Assembly (NCBI GenBank): GCA_951406725.2
Contig: OX597835.1
Span: forward strand, 5,642,001 to 5,706,000
Direction of reading: 5' to 3'
Length of the DNA stretch: 64,000 bases
Origin: Octopus vulgaris
Taxonomy: Eukaryota
Of this stretch, positions 39,550 through 53,734 are shown piece by piece. Both the position numbers and the translations under genes were made by a program. The notes beneath the pieces are model-generated. The model worked only from the letters and a program-made list of their open reading frames with translations. It searched no databases and was not told where the DNA came from. Within the stretch, counting starts at the first letter, position 1. Each line of letters starts with the position of its first letter.

Positions 39550-40738
39550 TATATGTATGTGTTTATTAATTTATTTAGTTAGTTAGTTATCTATGTATCT
39601 ATGTGTTTGTGTGTGCGTCTGTGTGTGGAGGCGCATAACTTTATGCTTAGGGTGCTGCATTCATTATCGTAAGATTGTGCTTTCGATTCCTTCGACTGGG
39701 TGATGATTTGTTTTCATGAGCAAAACACTTCATTTCAAATTTTTCCAGTCCACTCAGTTGGTGAAAAGGAATAATCAGTCGACAGACAGGCGTCTTGTCC
39801 AGGTGTAAGGATGGAACATACACGGCAAAACATGCGGAAAAATTACCTTAAAATCCCATGGCTCATGAAGGATCTTTCACTGTTTCTTTTTTCATAAATA
39901 TGTATGTGTGTATCTTCGAAGTATGTGTGTGTCGATGCATGTGTGTGTGTCAATGTATGTGCGTGTTGATGCATGTATGTGCATATCTGTCTAAATATAT
40001 TCCAATGAAAACCCATCAAACACCACCGCCATTACTGTCCACTCACGCCACAAGACTTCAACTTGTAAATCATGATGAAACAATCTAAACTTTGCCCTCG
40101 ACTTGTGCAGGTCAAGCATTAATGAGAATGTGTTCAGTGAACTATTCTGACATAATATATTCAATATTCGCAGTTGTCATATATTTCTTCAATACCTGTC
40201 TTCGCAGTCTCAATATTGATCAGAAACTGGCATCGGTAATTTTAATAGTGATATATAAATGTCTGCAGAACATTGATCTGCTTTATATTTCCAGGTCTGT
40301 TTCATATTAAGTTCATAAATGGTAAAATGGAGGAAAAGACGTGAAATGTCGAGGTGGGAAGAATTGGTAACTGAATAGCAGTTTTAAAAAAAAGTGTCTT
40401 TACATTGTTAATTTAGACAGCTATCAGGCTTCGATCTCAGTTCTTCTGAGTTACTGCGTTTTCTATAATGTTCACACACACACACAAACACACAAACATA
40501 CACATATAAATACATACACACACACACGCACACACACATACATATGTATATATCAGATATAAATTAGAGAAAAAAAACCACTATTATGCAATTCAATCAA
40601 TGATAGACATAAACCAAATCATAAATAAAAAATAAAACATGTTTTTATAAAACATATAACTAGATCACAAAAAAGTACAAAAATGAATAAACAATATATA
40701 ATAAGTAAAACTTACGTTTTACTCCCTATTATTATTAC

Positions 40739-40793
<55 letters not shown>

Positions 40794-42389
40794 CGTAATT
40801 ATATATAGTTACAGAATTAACACCTGCACTTGGCAGATATATTAGTTACAAACCCGTAAGGATAAAATATAAAATTGAAATATAGCTAAATACTGTGCAT
40901 TATATTTGTTTTATAGCTTTCGTTGCCCGCAATGAGTAAGTTTAATTCCATTGCTTGGTGATGAGGTTTTAATACAACCGAAATACAGCCGAAGTTAACT
41001 CCCGTGTTTGTAGATAAATACATGCCATTTACCACTCTGAGCTATTTCTTTTCGCTTATATAACGTGTGTGCGTGTTTGTGAGTAGATATTGAACGTAGT
41101 ACGACGAAATTGTTATTTATCTCATTGGCTTCATGAATGACGTATCGTATTTATTCATCAACCAACAACCACTACAAACAAGCTTACTGATGTGTCATCA
41201 ATGCCTCCCTCCTTAAACTACCAGATTTATTCGAAAGCGATGTGACATTCCTTGTGTTTGTCTTTCCTCGGGTGCTGTAGATATGCTTTGTTTGATAGCT
41301 TTCGTTATGTTTAGTTACCAAACATTTCATTCTATACTTATGTCCCCGAGGCATTTTTCAGTTAAACAGTATATCCTGTCACAACAGATGTAATTGCATC
41401 ATAGTTCGCTGTTATCTTTCGCTTTATAATTAAGTCCATTATTTTTTCACCTGTTTCAATTTAGCGACATCGCCAACACAACTAGACTTCATTTCCGCAC
41501 ATTTCCCAACTATTTAGCTTTTTTTAACAACAAAGGAAATAATGATTGTTAGGAGTTATATTCACGTTTAAAGTCGAGTTAAAGCAAATGCTATTCCTTT
41601 GAAACAATTCTTTGCTAAGGTTTGCACTATCATGTTATCCAGTTTTCAATCAAACATTACTTTCTTTAAAAACTTCAATAAATATTATCTTATAAGTCGC
41701 TGCTGATGACTAGATTGATGATAGTTCTGCTCTCGGTCTGTTGTGGGTGACTCATGTTCAAGAAGAAGCCCTCTGAATTAGATTAAATAAGTATACCAGT
41801 TATATTCTAGAGTTGATTTCGGAAACTTCCCTGTTAATATTCTGCAGTGATCCTCATGGGGGATATTGTGATGTCTAAAAAGCGGTGCAAATGTTGCCGG
41901 GCGTTATGAAATTACGAAGATTTTCTATTGCTTAAACCTGTACAGCACTATCGTTTTAGTCTTTTATTTCTTACAGTGATTGGACTTCCGGTGCATCGCT
42001 TTGATGCGTTTCGGCAAACCTCAGTATTTCTCGTCAGCCCTGTACTTTTACTCTATAGGTCTCTTTTTGCGAAGCTACTCAATGAGAGAGCGTAACCAGA
42101 CCGATAGAAATTGCTAAATGCTGGAGGCACAAGCACAAAGAGTCCCACACAGATATACACACATAGAAGAAAAAGCAGAGAGCATAAATTTACTCAACAG
42201 CTGTTTCAATGACAAAAAACATTAATTTTTATGAATACGTTATCAAAATATGCAATTAGAAAATTAATTTAAAACTGGTGTTGCTATCTCGTCGAGCAAA
42301 AGAGATAAATTGATGAAATGCAGAAGACTGGTAAAGAAAATAATGTAGGAGGAGATCGGACGCATTGAGGTTTCGTATAAAATTATATA

Positions 42390-42804
42390 GAGTGGCTGTG
42401 TGGTAAGCAGCTTGCTAACCAACCACATGGTTCCGGGTTCAGTCCCACTGCGTGGCACCTTGGGCAAGTGTCTTCTGCTATAGCCCCGGGCCGACCAATG
42501 CCTTGTAAGTGGATTTGGTAGACGGAAACTGAAAGAAGCCTGTCGTATATATGTATATATGTATATGTATGTGAGTGTGTGTGTGTGTATGTGTTTGTGT
42601 GTCTGTGTTTGTCCCCCTAGCATTGCTTGACAACCGATGCTGGTGTGTTTACGTCCCCGTCACTTAGCAGTTCGGCGAAAGAGACCGATAGAATAAGTAC
42701 TGGGCTTACAAATAATAAGTCCCGGGGTCGATTTGCTCGACTAAAGGCGGTGCTCCAGCATGGCCGCAGTCAAATGACTGAAGCAAGTAAAAGAGTAAAA
42801 GAGT
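42390..42804 (+). mobile_element. SINE family A, near full length
   Basis: tRNA-like head (gtggctgtgtggtaag...gggttcagtccc), internal TA/TG repeat and an (AAGAGTA)n-type tail; at least eight related copies occur in the window. Confidence 0.9.
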
Positions 42805-43562
42805 GTCACCAAAATAAGCTTGAATATAAAACAAACTTGAAAACGGAACAAGAAAACACCACTATCAACATCACCGACAAATATATTGCATTTAACTTAA
42901 TTTACATCATATTCGGATGCATAATCTTGCAACAAGCAAATTTAAATTTAGGATCATATTGAAAATACTAGCAGAGTAAATATTGGAGATATGGATTAAT
43001 CTAGCACCGGTATTACTGCGTAAAAGACTTTCCTAATTAAACCTCACTATGGTGAAAAGTTAATGCAAATATATCTCAAAAGCTCTAAGAACATTTTCAG
43101 TTCATGTAATCGGATTTTTATTATGTTGCTAGAAATTGTGTCTATTCACCTCTTCCGTTAAATACTTCTGGAAGAATTCTAATTTTCTTTTGATTTTATC
43201 AGATCTAGGAAAAGTTTGTAGGTTTTGTAACCTATTGACTAGCATCTATTACGTATTAAATGCACTGGCGGAGGATTGAGTTGTTCGCTCAACTGAATTA
43301 CCTGCTCCTGAATTTACCTGTTAGTGGCTGAGAATACCACAGCTATCTGTAACGCTTCACTTAATTTCCAGAAAAATATATATAGTTTCCTTCAATCCAG
43401 TTTTACCCCCAAGGTATGAGCCGACTTCGAGTCTATTGAAACTAGTATTTTTCCAAGCTACCACACAGCTAGATTGAACCCGTGATTTTGTAGACATGAA
43501 GTGAATTTGTTAACCGTTCGCCCATACTACACCGACTCTACGTATTATATTTGTATTAGCTT

Positions 43563-43772
43563 CAATATTTGGCACAAGGTCAGCAGTTTCGTAGTAGGGG
43601 CTAAGTTGATTACATCGACCCCAGTGGTCGCTTGATACTTATTATATCGACACCGAAAAATAAAAGTCAAAGTCAACCCCCTACGGCATTTGAACTCAGA
43701 ACGTAATTATGGACAAAATGCCGCAAAGCCTTTTTTCTAGCTTTGCTAACGATTCTGCCAGCTCACCGCCTT
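43563..43772 (-). mobile_element. SINE family B
   Basis: Reverse complement of ggcggtgagctggcagaatcgttagc...ctggggtcgatgtaatc. Confidence 0.8.
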
Positions 43773-43780
43773 GTATTATA

Positions 43781-44294
43781 TCTATATATATAAAACTGTA
43801 GTTGTGTAAGTGTCTGTCCCCTTCGATTTAGATTCCTAACTACTCCCACATTTTGCGGTGCAGTTTAACCAAATTCGGGTATCTTATAGTCGTGATTCAT
43901 ATCGATCCCGTCTGGGTATTAGCGCGCGTCTACGATGAGTCTATGATTTTAAAAATAATTTAACATCATTTTTTTATTCCATTTTAATGCATAATTTTTC
44001 GTGTGTCGATGGCGGCGGAGTTGGCGTCCATGGTCACAGCTGCACCTGTTTGCTTCTCCCCCTTCTTCCCTCCCTCGTGAAGCTGTGGGGAAGGGAGTGT
44101 AAGGAAATCAACGTCGTAAAGCGTTGTCAAGGAGACCAGCGTTCTTTTAGAACAACGACTTCATGGCTTGAAGACGCCAAAACAGAAATGGCTAAGAAAG
44201 CCCGAATTGACATCTATAAGGGAAGTAACTCTCTAAAAATGCTTATATAGTTATTTCCCTTACAAACCCGAGCAACGCCGGGCGATACTGCTAG
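43781..44294 (+). mobile_element. Non-autonomous Helitron
   Basis: A|TCTATATATATAAAAC...CCCGAGCAACGCCGGG subterminal hairpin...CTGCTAG|T, at an AT insertion site. Confidence 0.88.
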
Positions 44295-44797
44295 TTTATA
44301 TTAAAAAACAGGAAGGAGACAATAAAATGTTCTCTTGTGGCGAGTTGTACAGCAGCTAGAAACCCGCTGTCATTTGGTCCACACTTTTTACTCTGTGTTA
44401 GATGGTGTAATAATTCATGAGACATTGAAACACTGTTTCATTTTTAATTAACACAGAGTAGATCGGTTTGTGATTAAAGCTGAAAAGCTACAATTTTAAT
44501 AAGGAAACAGCAGTAGCTTATGTATCTACAACAGTAGCCTATCTTCTGTTCATATTACTGACGCCGAAATGTTGAAAGGTAAAGCGAATCTCAGCAGGAT
44601 TGAAAATCAAAGCATAAATGGTTGTTTTGAAGACATTTTCTCCGGAGCGTTTCTCAGTTTCTCCTTATCGACTAATATTTGAGAGAGAGAGACAGAGACA
44701 GACAGACAGAGATAGAGAGAGGGAAGGAAGGAGAGACTACAGGTAACAGATAAATCCACCCCCTCAAATTAAATGATACCATCTTAAAAAAATTAGA

Positions 44798-45005
44798 GCT
44801 TTCTCCGTCCGGGTTGCGGATCCGTGGAACAAGCTGCCAGACGAGATGGTGAAGATGCCGACGACCGCTTTGTTCAAAGCCTCCCTGGACCTCAAGTGGC
44901 CTGAACTCTTTACATGAACACCACCCTGTACTTAACTCCATGTCCCCCTACATGGCCTTGTTATTTGCTTTTGAGCCAAATTAACTAACTAACTAACTAA
45001 CTAAC
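44798..45005 (+). mobile_element. 3' end of a CR1-clade LINE with (TAAC)n tail
   Basis: 44798-44917 reads AFSVRVADPWNKLPDEMVKMPTTALFKASLDLKWPELFT*, the CR1 'FS.RV...WN.LP.......FK..LD' motif. A short 3' UTR and taactaac repeats follow. Confidence 0.85.
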
Positions 45006-45634
45006 ATATAGCTATGATATAAAATGCTTGAGAGAAGACAAGAAAGGCTGGAAGGTCGTTGATCCTAGTTCTTCCCTATCATTGCTGACCCGGAGTTAAA
45101 CAACAGCAACAATCTCCATAACGAAATAAGAACGTTTTACATCTTTTGTTTTTTCATTTGGGAGAGGATGAAGTTGAACGGGTAGGATGACAAATTGATA
45201 AATTGACTTCCCGTTTGGTAAGACTCAAGATTATATTATCGGCAACAGAAGAAGGAAATGGAAAATCAATATTTGTGTAATTTGAGTGAGAGATTCCCAA
45301 CAATTTCGCTAAAATAAGAGCTAACATTTATTTATACAGTACAGAATTATTTTAACATTCGATCATTTGTCAACTAGACAAGGAGAATACGAATTTGGAT
45401 ACAGACTCTGCCCTGACTCAATCAGCGTTCAAATATCTTGTGTATGTATAAGGGAAGGTTTAGACTGAATCAGTAAACAAGTAATTAGTGTGTGATTTAT
45501 CGGTTTCCGAGGGACATCAGTTCGAAAACAACCGAAGTCAAACAGGCAACAATCTAAAATATCAGTCAAATGCCGTATCGCTTTAGTCATACATACATAC
45601 ATACATACACACACACATTTATATATACAAACAC

Positions 45635-45673
<39 letters not shown>

Positions 45674-45716
45674 GATAGATAGATAAGAAAGTTGGTTTGT
45701 GAAAGCACGTGGTTGA

Positions 45717-45934
45717 ATATATAGAAAATAGTAAAAAGTGAAAAAACTACAGAAGGTTTGTTTTAAAAGGTTAAAAAATATATATTTGAAAAGCTAAACG
45801 CGAAACCGGTCTTTCTTCTAAACTATGTCATTGTAAGAAAAAAATTTATAATATTCTTCAGACATATTGACTCAAATATATATTTTTTAACCTTTTAAAA
45901 CAAGCCTTCTGTAGTTTTTTAACTTTTTACTATT

Positions 45935-45944
<10 letters not shown>
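45717..45944. repeat. About 73-bp inverted repeat around a degenerate hammerhead-like motif, next to (TA)n
   Basis: 45717-45789 is approximately the reverse complement of 45872-45944. The segment 45786-45811 reads TTGAAAA-GC TAAAC GC-GAA-ACCGGT-C. Confidence 0.8.
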
Positions 45945-45974
<30 letters not shown>

Positions 45975-46030
45975 CATGAAACGTCAAGTGGTATGAGAGG
46001 TGGATATATGAACTTAAGCACTTGTCACCT

Positions 46031-46169
46031 ATAGGATTACAGCCGTTTCGCAGCCTTCATCATGTAACAATGATTTCAATGTGTAATAAATGATTTTGCA
46101 TGTCTGCACTAATATGCATACTACGCACTATACAAGCAATTGAAGGCTGCGAAAAGGCTGTAATACTAT
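46031..46169. repeat. Imperfect inverted repeat (core arms 29 bp)
   Basis: ataggattacagccgtttcgcagccttca / tgaaggctgcgaaaaggctgtaatactat; weaker pairing extends outward. Confidence 0.75.
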
Positions 46170-47575
46170 GGATCACAAGAGGTTTAATAAGCGTATTCAC
46201 ACTTCATGCCTCCTTATTTTTTATAGTCTATATACTCGTCGTCAGATAATTTTATCCACCAGATCTCCTGGAATTCATTTGCATAGAACCCTGAATTATA
46301 CTCCTCCGTATTGGATTAATGTGTGTGGTCTACTAGCCGGTTCCGCTAGTGGAGCTTTGCCTGATAGCCACATCATTCTGTGAATCCATATATTACACTT
46401 CAAATTCATACACACACACACACACACACACTTTTATTTTTTTATTCGATTACTTGTTTCAGTCATTTGACTGCGGCCCACCACATTTAGTCAAATAAAT
46501 AGACCCGAGGACTTATTCTTTGTAAGCCTAGTACTTTTCCATCGGTCTCTTTCTCTGAACCGTTAAGTTACGGGTACGTACACACTAACATACATACATA
46601 TATACATACATACATACATACATACACACATACATACATATATACATACATACATACATACATACATACATACATACATACATACATACATACATACATA
46701 CATACATACATACTTACTTACTTACATACATACATTCATCCTATAATGCGGAGGATGTGTGGTGGAAAACTTATTTCAGTAACCTTGATAACTTTGGATA
46801 TGTTGGAATTCGTTTGGTAATCAAGAAATTCAACGTCTTCGAGTTTCGCCCTTTTGTCTGTTAAGTCCTTTTGTGTATGCATTTACGCATACGTGTGTGC
46901 TACTCCAAGAGAAAATAATCTTTAAACGCAACGTAATAAGCCGACATTACCATAAAGGTCAAGTCGTTTAAAAGTGATGAGCTCGTCGAAGAAATAACTG
47001 CAAAAACAACCTCGAATACTGCAAGTCTAAACAGAAGCACTCTTATATACATAATATTAAAAAAAAACCTACTTAAACATACAACGATCTGTTTATTTGA
47101 TTCTCTGAAATACCAGGCTGGTAGAGACTGGTGTATTTGTTAAAGTTTAAATGTCACATGAAAATAGAGCAACGTATATATGCGTTGTTGCTTATATATA
47201 CCCTGCTGCACAGCGGAACCCTTACGAAGAAAAGGAATTGTTCCATCTCCTACAAGAATCTACATAATCCAATTCCATTCTGCGTAGCTATTATTGTAAA
47301 AACTATTTCTGTTTCGATCTTAGTCAAACCCGTTCTGGAGCTCCGCATTAAGATATTAATAGTCGAATTAAATCGAAGTTTGTTCGATTGTTGCACAATT
47401 CCAGTGAGACAAGATATGACTTACTGCGTATCCGATTCTAGGCAACCACCGTCACCCGACGTAGTTTTACTCGAAAGCTGCACAAGTATATCTGTTTATC
47501 TATCTGACTGTGTGTGTGATACATACACACACATATAGTATTATTGGACGCTCAGGAAAGAAGGAAAGAAGGAGG

Positions 47576-47610
47576 GTTTAACCTTTCGAACGGAGCTCTT
47601 CGTCGGAAAC
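47576..47610 (-). ncRNA. Degenerate minimal hammerhead-like motif in a PLE-like repeat (about 47544-47710)
   Basis: Minus strand: GTTT-CCGACGA-A-GAGC TCC GTTC-GAAA-GG-TT-AAAC. Adjacent 47680-47706 is related to 1381-1406. Confidence 0.4.
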
Positions 47611-47756
47611 ATAGGAGAAAGAAAGATCCAGAGAAGGGAAGACGGAGGGAAAAAAATCGCCAACGGTACACACGCGGTCAGATCGCTAGCCACTACACAT
47701 TCTTTATTTTCTGGCCACAGTCAAATGACTGAAACAAGTAAAAGAGTAAAAGAGTG

Positions 47757-47825
<69 letters not shown>

Positions 47826-48523
47826 ATACGCATGTATATATATATTCTGACATGCATTAATATATGAGGGTCATCATGTCAAAGTAAACACACGCGCTAG
47901 CTTTGTTTCTCTCCCTTTTTAGTATCATAATCGCCATCACTCAGTTCATTTACTATTTGGTCAATCGATGAAGAAATCAATCGGTTCGGTCGTCAGAGTC
48001 ATTACATCTATGTATACGTGTTTGTGCGCTCGTGCGTCGATGTGCACTCATGCATGTTTGGAATTGTAGTGCAACGGCCATGGCCTTGATACCGAAAATA
48101 TTCTACAAAAGTATGCGATCGAGAAATCGAGAAAGAGAGATAGAGTGAGTGAATGGCTGCATGTGTTTGTCAGTAAACGCGAGCTTTTGTGTACGTTTGT
48201 ATGTGCTGCAGAATGGCCATGGCTCTAATACCCAATGTATACTAAAATATATACAAATGTGTTAGAGAGCGATAGAGAGAGAGAGGGACATAGTGTGTGT
48301 GTATTTGTGTATGTCTGTATGTGTGTTTGTGTGTGTATGATGCGAACGTCGTTTATGTGTTGTTAATATTGTTAATGAAAATTATATTCTATTCAAAACT
48401 AACGACATTTTTTTTTTCTGTGAAAGATATTTCAATCCTATTCCGGTAGCTCACCTTTGGTATTTCTTTGTAGGTCAAACAAGAGTTTATATTCATAAGC
48501 CCACACGCGCACACGTATGTTCG

Positions 48524-48572
<49 letters not shown>

Positions 48573-48649
48573 AGGCATACAGATGTGCATACATATACAA
48601 GCACACACAGTATTGCAATATATAAATACCTTTATATACATATACATAC

Positions 48650-48739
<90 letters not shown>

Positions 48740-48742
48740 ACT

Positions 48743-48793
<51 letters not shown>

Positions 48794-48831
48794 ATGAATG
48801 TATATATATATATATATATAAGTTAAGTTAG

Positions 48832-48886
<55 letters not shown>

Positions 48887-50180
48887 GTTTGTGTGTATAT
48901 ATGTGTGTAGGTGTGTGAGTGCCTTTGCATGTACTTGTGTTTGCATGTACGCATGCTTGCGCTTGCACGTATGTATGTATCCATGTATACACAAATACAC
49001 ACGCACAGTACACACATACGAGTGATTGCAGTATTAAACAGGTATAAACTCCATGGCAACAGCTGAAGTATAATAACATCTGTTTCTTTATTTATAATGA
49101 TTCCTCTTCGTTGTGGTCGTCGTCGTCGCCGTCGTTGTTGAACCTCCTCTAATGGTTTTGTAAACCTAAGAGGCTGCATGAATACACATTTACAGAATAC
49201 ATAATTTATGAAGAATATTGATCAAAATGTCGAAAATAATTGTAAAATTTCTTCAAAAATATCTATAGTTTTAACCAAACAACTGAACAGCAATCCAAGC
49301 CAAATACCCCGATTTGCATAAGAAAAAGTGTTTGTTTTGTTGTAAATTAGTAATCCTTTATACTAAAGGCACAAAGCCTGCAAATATTGCAAAAAGAATC
49401 TAGTCGTTTACGTCCTTGAAAGGATAAAGTGCAACAAAGACCTCAGCTGGATTTGAACTCTGAACATAAAGACGGACGAAATGCTGCCAAGTATTTTGTT
49501 TGGCTTGCTAGCGATCCAGCCAGGTTGCGATCTTTATTATAAACTAAATAATTGCGATCTTTATTATAAACTAAGTAATTATCCATAAAATATATGCTCC
49601 CTCTGGGTTTGATTAACATTACCAACGAAATAATGAAAGGAAATGTTCAAAACTTCACAGAAAGCTACAATTTGTGGGAAACAAACACAGGCCAGTGAGG
49701 AGTGGTATACACACATAACTACACCCAGACACACACACACGCACACACACACACATCAATACACTGATGTAGACATTTTTGCATGTATGCATAATTGCGT
49801 TTGTGCAATATATAATTTAAGTCGATTCTAGACACCCCTATGTCGCTCTCGCTTTCAGAAATGCAACGTTCAAGTCACTGACTCCATGGAATCCTATCAC
49901 GAACGGCGCTATGTTTCACTATTACGATATAACATAAATATGTATTTCCAAAATGAATTCAACAAACAATAGAATATTCCATCTTAAAAGTTATAAGTGT
50001 ACACATTAACGAAGAATTAATATACAACATCAATGATTCACCGAGAAATTATGATTTCCGTCGTTCGGTCATTAATTAAAATACTTTATATTAATCATGT
50101 GAGAAACCTATTATTTAATCTTGCCACAAATGATTAAAATTGAATATAACAATTCAGTCAATTATTTTATATATCTTGTT

Positions 50181-50563
50181 AGGAGGCGCAATGGCTCAGT
50201 GGTTAGGGCAGCGGACTCGCGGTCGTAGGATTGCGGTTTCGATTCCCAGACCGGGCGTTGTGAGTGTTTATTGAGCGAAAACACCTAAAGCTCCACGAGG
50301 CTTCGGCAGGGGATGGTGGTGATCCCTGCTGTACTCTTTCACCACAACTTTCTCGCACTCTTACTTCCTGTTTCTGTTGTACCTGTATTTCAAAGGGCCG
50401 GCCTTGTCACTCTCTGTGTCACGCGGAATATCCCCGAGAACTACGTTAAGGGTACACGTGTCTGTGGAGTGCTCAGCCACTTACACGTTAATTTCACGAG
50501 CAGGCTGTTCCGTTGATTCGGATCAACCGGAACCCTCGTCGTCGTAACCGACGGAGTGCTTCC
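50181..50563 (+). mobile_element. SINE family C, full length, with tRNA-like head
   Basis: A box tggctcagtggttagg and B box gtttcgattccc; related copies at 24888-25238, 53985-54114 and 2097-2421. Confidence 0.9.
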
Positions 50564-51649
50564 ATCCATATCTTGTTTGAAAACCAGCTTATTACAGACG
50601 TGCAGAAAACTACTGTTGCTGTTGTTGTTCTTGTTGTTGTTTAAACGCAGATCCTTGCAGAAGATGCCGGTCCAGTCGTAATCCATCCAATATTTTTGCC
50701 CATGACGGATTATATCGTCTGATGCTTCCATTTTTGTTCCAAGAGGAAGAATAGTTTAAGAGAGGTTTTCTTTGTATTCCTGTCATGTCAAACGATTGCT
50801 TAGAGATTCTTCAGTTTGGTTCTCGAAAGCAGCAAAAGTTAACAACAATAGTAATAACAGCAGCAATACTTAATGTATTTCTTGAAAGCTCATAATGGCA
50901 AATATCTAATAAGACCTCAAACTAAAATAGAATAGTTTTCCATTAAATTCTATAAAGTGTGTTTTATTAAATTACGTCACCCGATGTAGCCAAACAGGTC
51001 GAAGATTATGGCAAAACAAACCAAACGAAATAATTTATGACCTTCCACAGAGGGACGATGGCCGAAGATGTGGTCAATATTTGATTTATAACACCGTGAA
51101 AACAGGACCTCACATTTTGTGAAGAGAATAAAATTGATTTTATTTATTCCAGTTACTCGTTTCAGTATTAAGGACTCAAATACGTAGAAATGATATCAGA
51201 CAAGAAACCTGGAGAAAATGCCTTTTTAAATATCAATGGAGAAAGGAAAAATAACAACGTGACAATTGGATAAAATACTTTGCGGTATTTTTCTGATTCT
51301 TCACGTTCTTAGTTCAAATCCTACCTTTTGGAGATGTTTGCTTTGGTCCCTTTCGGTAATAGATAAAATAAGATACTAGTCATGTACAGAAGTCGATATT
51401 TTCGACTGGCTCCTCCACTCCAGTAAAAAATATGGCCTCGTACGTATGTAAGTAATTATAGGACGAATTGAATTATCAGAATCGTTAGAGCGTCGGAGAA
51501 AATGTTTTGCAATAATTGTTTTGGTTCTTTTGCCATTCAAACTCTGCTGATGTGAACTTTGACTTCCATCCCGGTGGACTCGGTAAAATAAAGTATCAGT
51601 TAGACATTTGGTCTTACTTGCTCTGATTGATTCCGTGAGAGCAGACAGC

Positions 51650-52010
51650 AACCTGCTGTCAGGGGTTTCACGGGGTCTCTTTCTGAAAATTATAAGCTTT
51701 GTGGCCTGGATGTTAACTTATCGTGGAAGACACTCAACATCCAAGCACCAACCTCAAAATCCTAGCTGTCCACAATAGAGCAGATACTTTTGGTCTGCGC
51801 TGTCCTCATCTCAATTCCAATTACTCCGACGAATTTCTCGAACCTAGTCGTTAATACTCCGAGTACCTCTACAACTACTGGGATAACAGTCACTCTCCTC
51901 TTTGCTACATTCTTGTAATTCTATCTTTTGGTAGTCAGTATTTCCCCATCTTTTCCAGCTCCTTGTCATCCACGCGTGAATCCCCGGGTATGGCAATATC
52001 TATGTTCTTG
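51650..52010 (-). mobile_element. R4/Dong-like RLE retrotransposon 3' fragment
   Basis: Minus strand: IDIAIPGDSRVDDKELEKMGKY*...VTVIPVVVEVLGV, the RLE motif 'ID.A.P.D....KE.EK..KY'. Confidence 0.75.
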
Positions 52011-52019
52011 GGTCCCTTA

Positions 52020-52245
52020 TTATTAAATGAAAACTCACAGCTTATTTTGCTGGGTACGATGGAAAGTGTCAGCTGTCCACAGCCAGCAGACTAAGGTGAC
52101 ACTTGTTTACTGGTCATGCTTCAAGAACCCTGAGAAGAATTCTTGCAGTTCCAAGTAATGCTGATTCTTGTAGGTGTTCTACCTTCACACTTGCACCGAT
52201 CTTTTTCAGCCATGTTGGTAGCTGAGTAGTGATACTTCTAAGGAT
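52020..52245 (-). mobile_element. Second R4/Dong-like 3' fragment
   Basis: Minus strand: LRSITTQLPTWLKKIGASVKVEHLQESALLGTARILLRVLEA*. Confidence 0.75.
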
Positions 52246-52403
52246 CACTACTTCGGTTTAAACTTGCGACTGAAATTTGGGTTGATGAGAAATATGGACA
52301 AAACCGATTGATTGATTAAATCTGTTCATCAAACCACACGAGACCGAGAATCACGTTTAAATTAGAACTGTTAGCGGTATACTCAACTACGGTATACTCA
52401 ACT

Positions 52404-52635
52404 AAGATGGCGAGCTGGCAGAAACGTTAGCACGCCGGGCGAAATGCTTAGCGGTATTCGTCTCCGTTACGTTGTGAGTTCAAATTCCGCCGAGGCCGAC
52501 TTTGCCTTTCATCCTTTCGGGGTCGATAAATTAAGTACCAGTTACGCACTGGGGTCGATGTAATCGACTTAATACCTATGTCTGTTCTTGTTTGTCCCCT
52601 CTGTGTTTAGCCCCTTGTGAGTAATACAGAAATAG
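52404..52635 (+). mobile_element. SINE family B (Nin/Deu-type central domain) with target-site duplication
   Basis: Core gcctttcatcctttcggggtcgataaattaagtacc; ggtatactcaacta occurs on both flanks. Confidence 0.9.
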
Positions 52636-52754
52636 GTATACTCAACTACGTACAGTAAGCTCAGCAAATGAGCGGCTGATAAAACAAATGGGATACACAT
52701 CGCCGAAAAACGACGAAAGATCACTTACAATTTATGCATATGGGTATGTCTACG

Positions 52755-52788
<34 letters not shown>

Positions 52789-53089
52789 CGTGCACACTAC
52801 AATTCGTATTCTTCATTATGTTCATCATTATATAAATATTATAAACAATAGTTGTTTCAATGAATTCTTTTTCCTTTTGTTTTACCTTTTTTTTTCAATT
52901 TCCTGATCTGCGGAATTGGGAATTCCGTTACCGGATATGACATCATAGCGGCGATATTCTTCTGCGCTATTTTTATCGTATTCCATTGGTTTAACAGAGT
53001 TCAGGCTATTCATTTATTTATTCTTGGGGAATAGAAACCTAATTACTGGAAATTTGCCCGCAGAATTTTAACATTTTGAAAAAAAAAAC

Positions 53090-53152
<63 letters not shown>

Positions 53153-53547
53153 TACAAATAGACAATAGATATGTAAAAATAACATACAAAGGCGGTGCTC
53201 CTGCATGGCCACACTCAAATGACTGAAACAAGTAAAGGAATAAAAGAATAAAGGAATAAAGACCAATGATTTTACTGGAAGGTAGTGTGATATATTGTGA
53301 GAAATACAATGATTCGATTAACGGCTGTTTCATATTCGGTGTTGGACGTTAAAAAGTAAAATAAAAAAAATATGTACTTTAGTGTATGTAATCGATATTT
53401 GACAGGGCAACACAATGGTGGCAATAGATTACTGCCAATTAAACCAGGCTGAGTATTTTATCGATTATTTATTTTATCAAGCAAGTTTTTAGGAAATGGG
53501 AAACCCAGCAATGTATCCAAAGTTGGTCTGTATATCATCATCATTCA

Positions 53548-53706
53548 TCATTGTTCGACCGTGGTCGAGACAATGGAGTTTACCATGCTACGCCAGACTT
53601 CACGGTCCATCATAGCATTACGGAGGTCCTGTTGCTGGATGCCTGTATCCCTGGAGATTACATCAGGGTAGGAGAGTGTGCGCCCTCTGGTATTGCGAGT
53701 AGATGG
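53548..53706 (-). mobile_element. RTE-clade LINE 3' end with (TGA)n tail
   Basis: Minus strand: PSTRNTRGRTLSYPDV/ISRDTGIQQQDLRNAMMDREVWRSMVNSIVSTTVEQ*, showing the RTE 'DR..WR' motif. Confidence 0.7.
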
Positions 53707-53734
53707 CTAGTAGATACATAGATACGTAACTGGT

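Noticed and set aside
50181-50255. tRNA-like sequence
   Set aside because: It continues into a multi-copy SINE body and has no complete acceptor stem, so it is a SINE head and not a tRNA gene.
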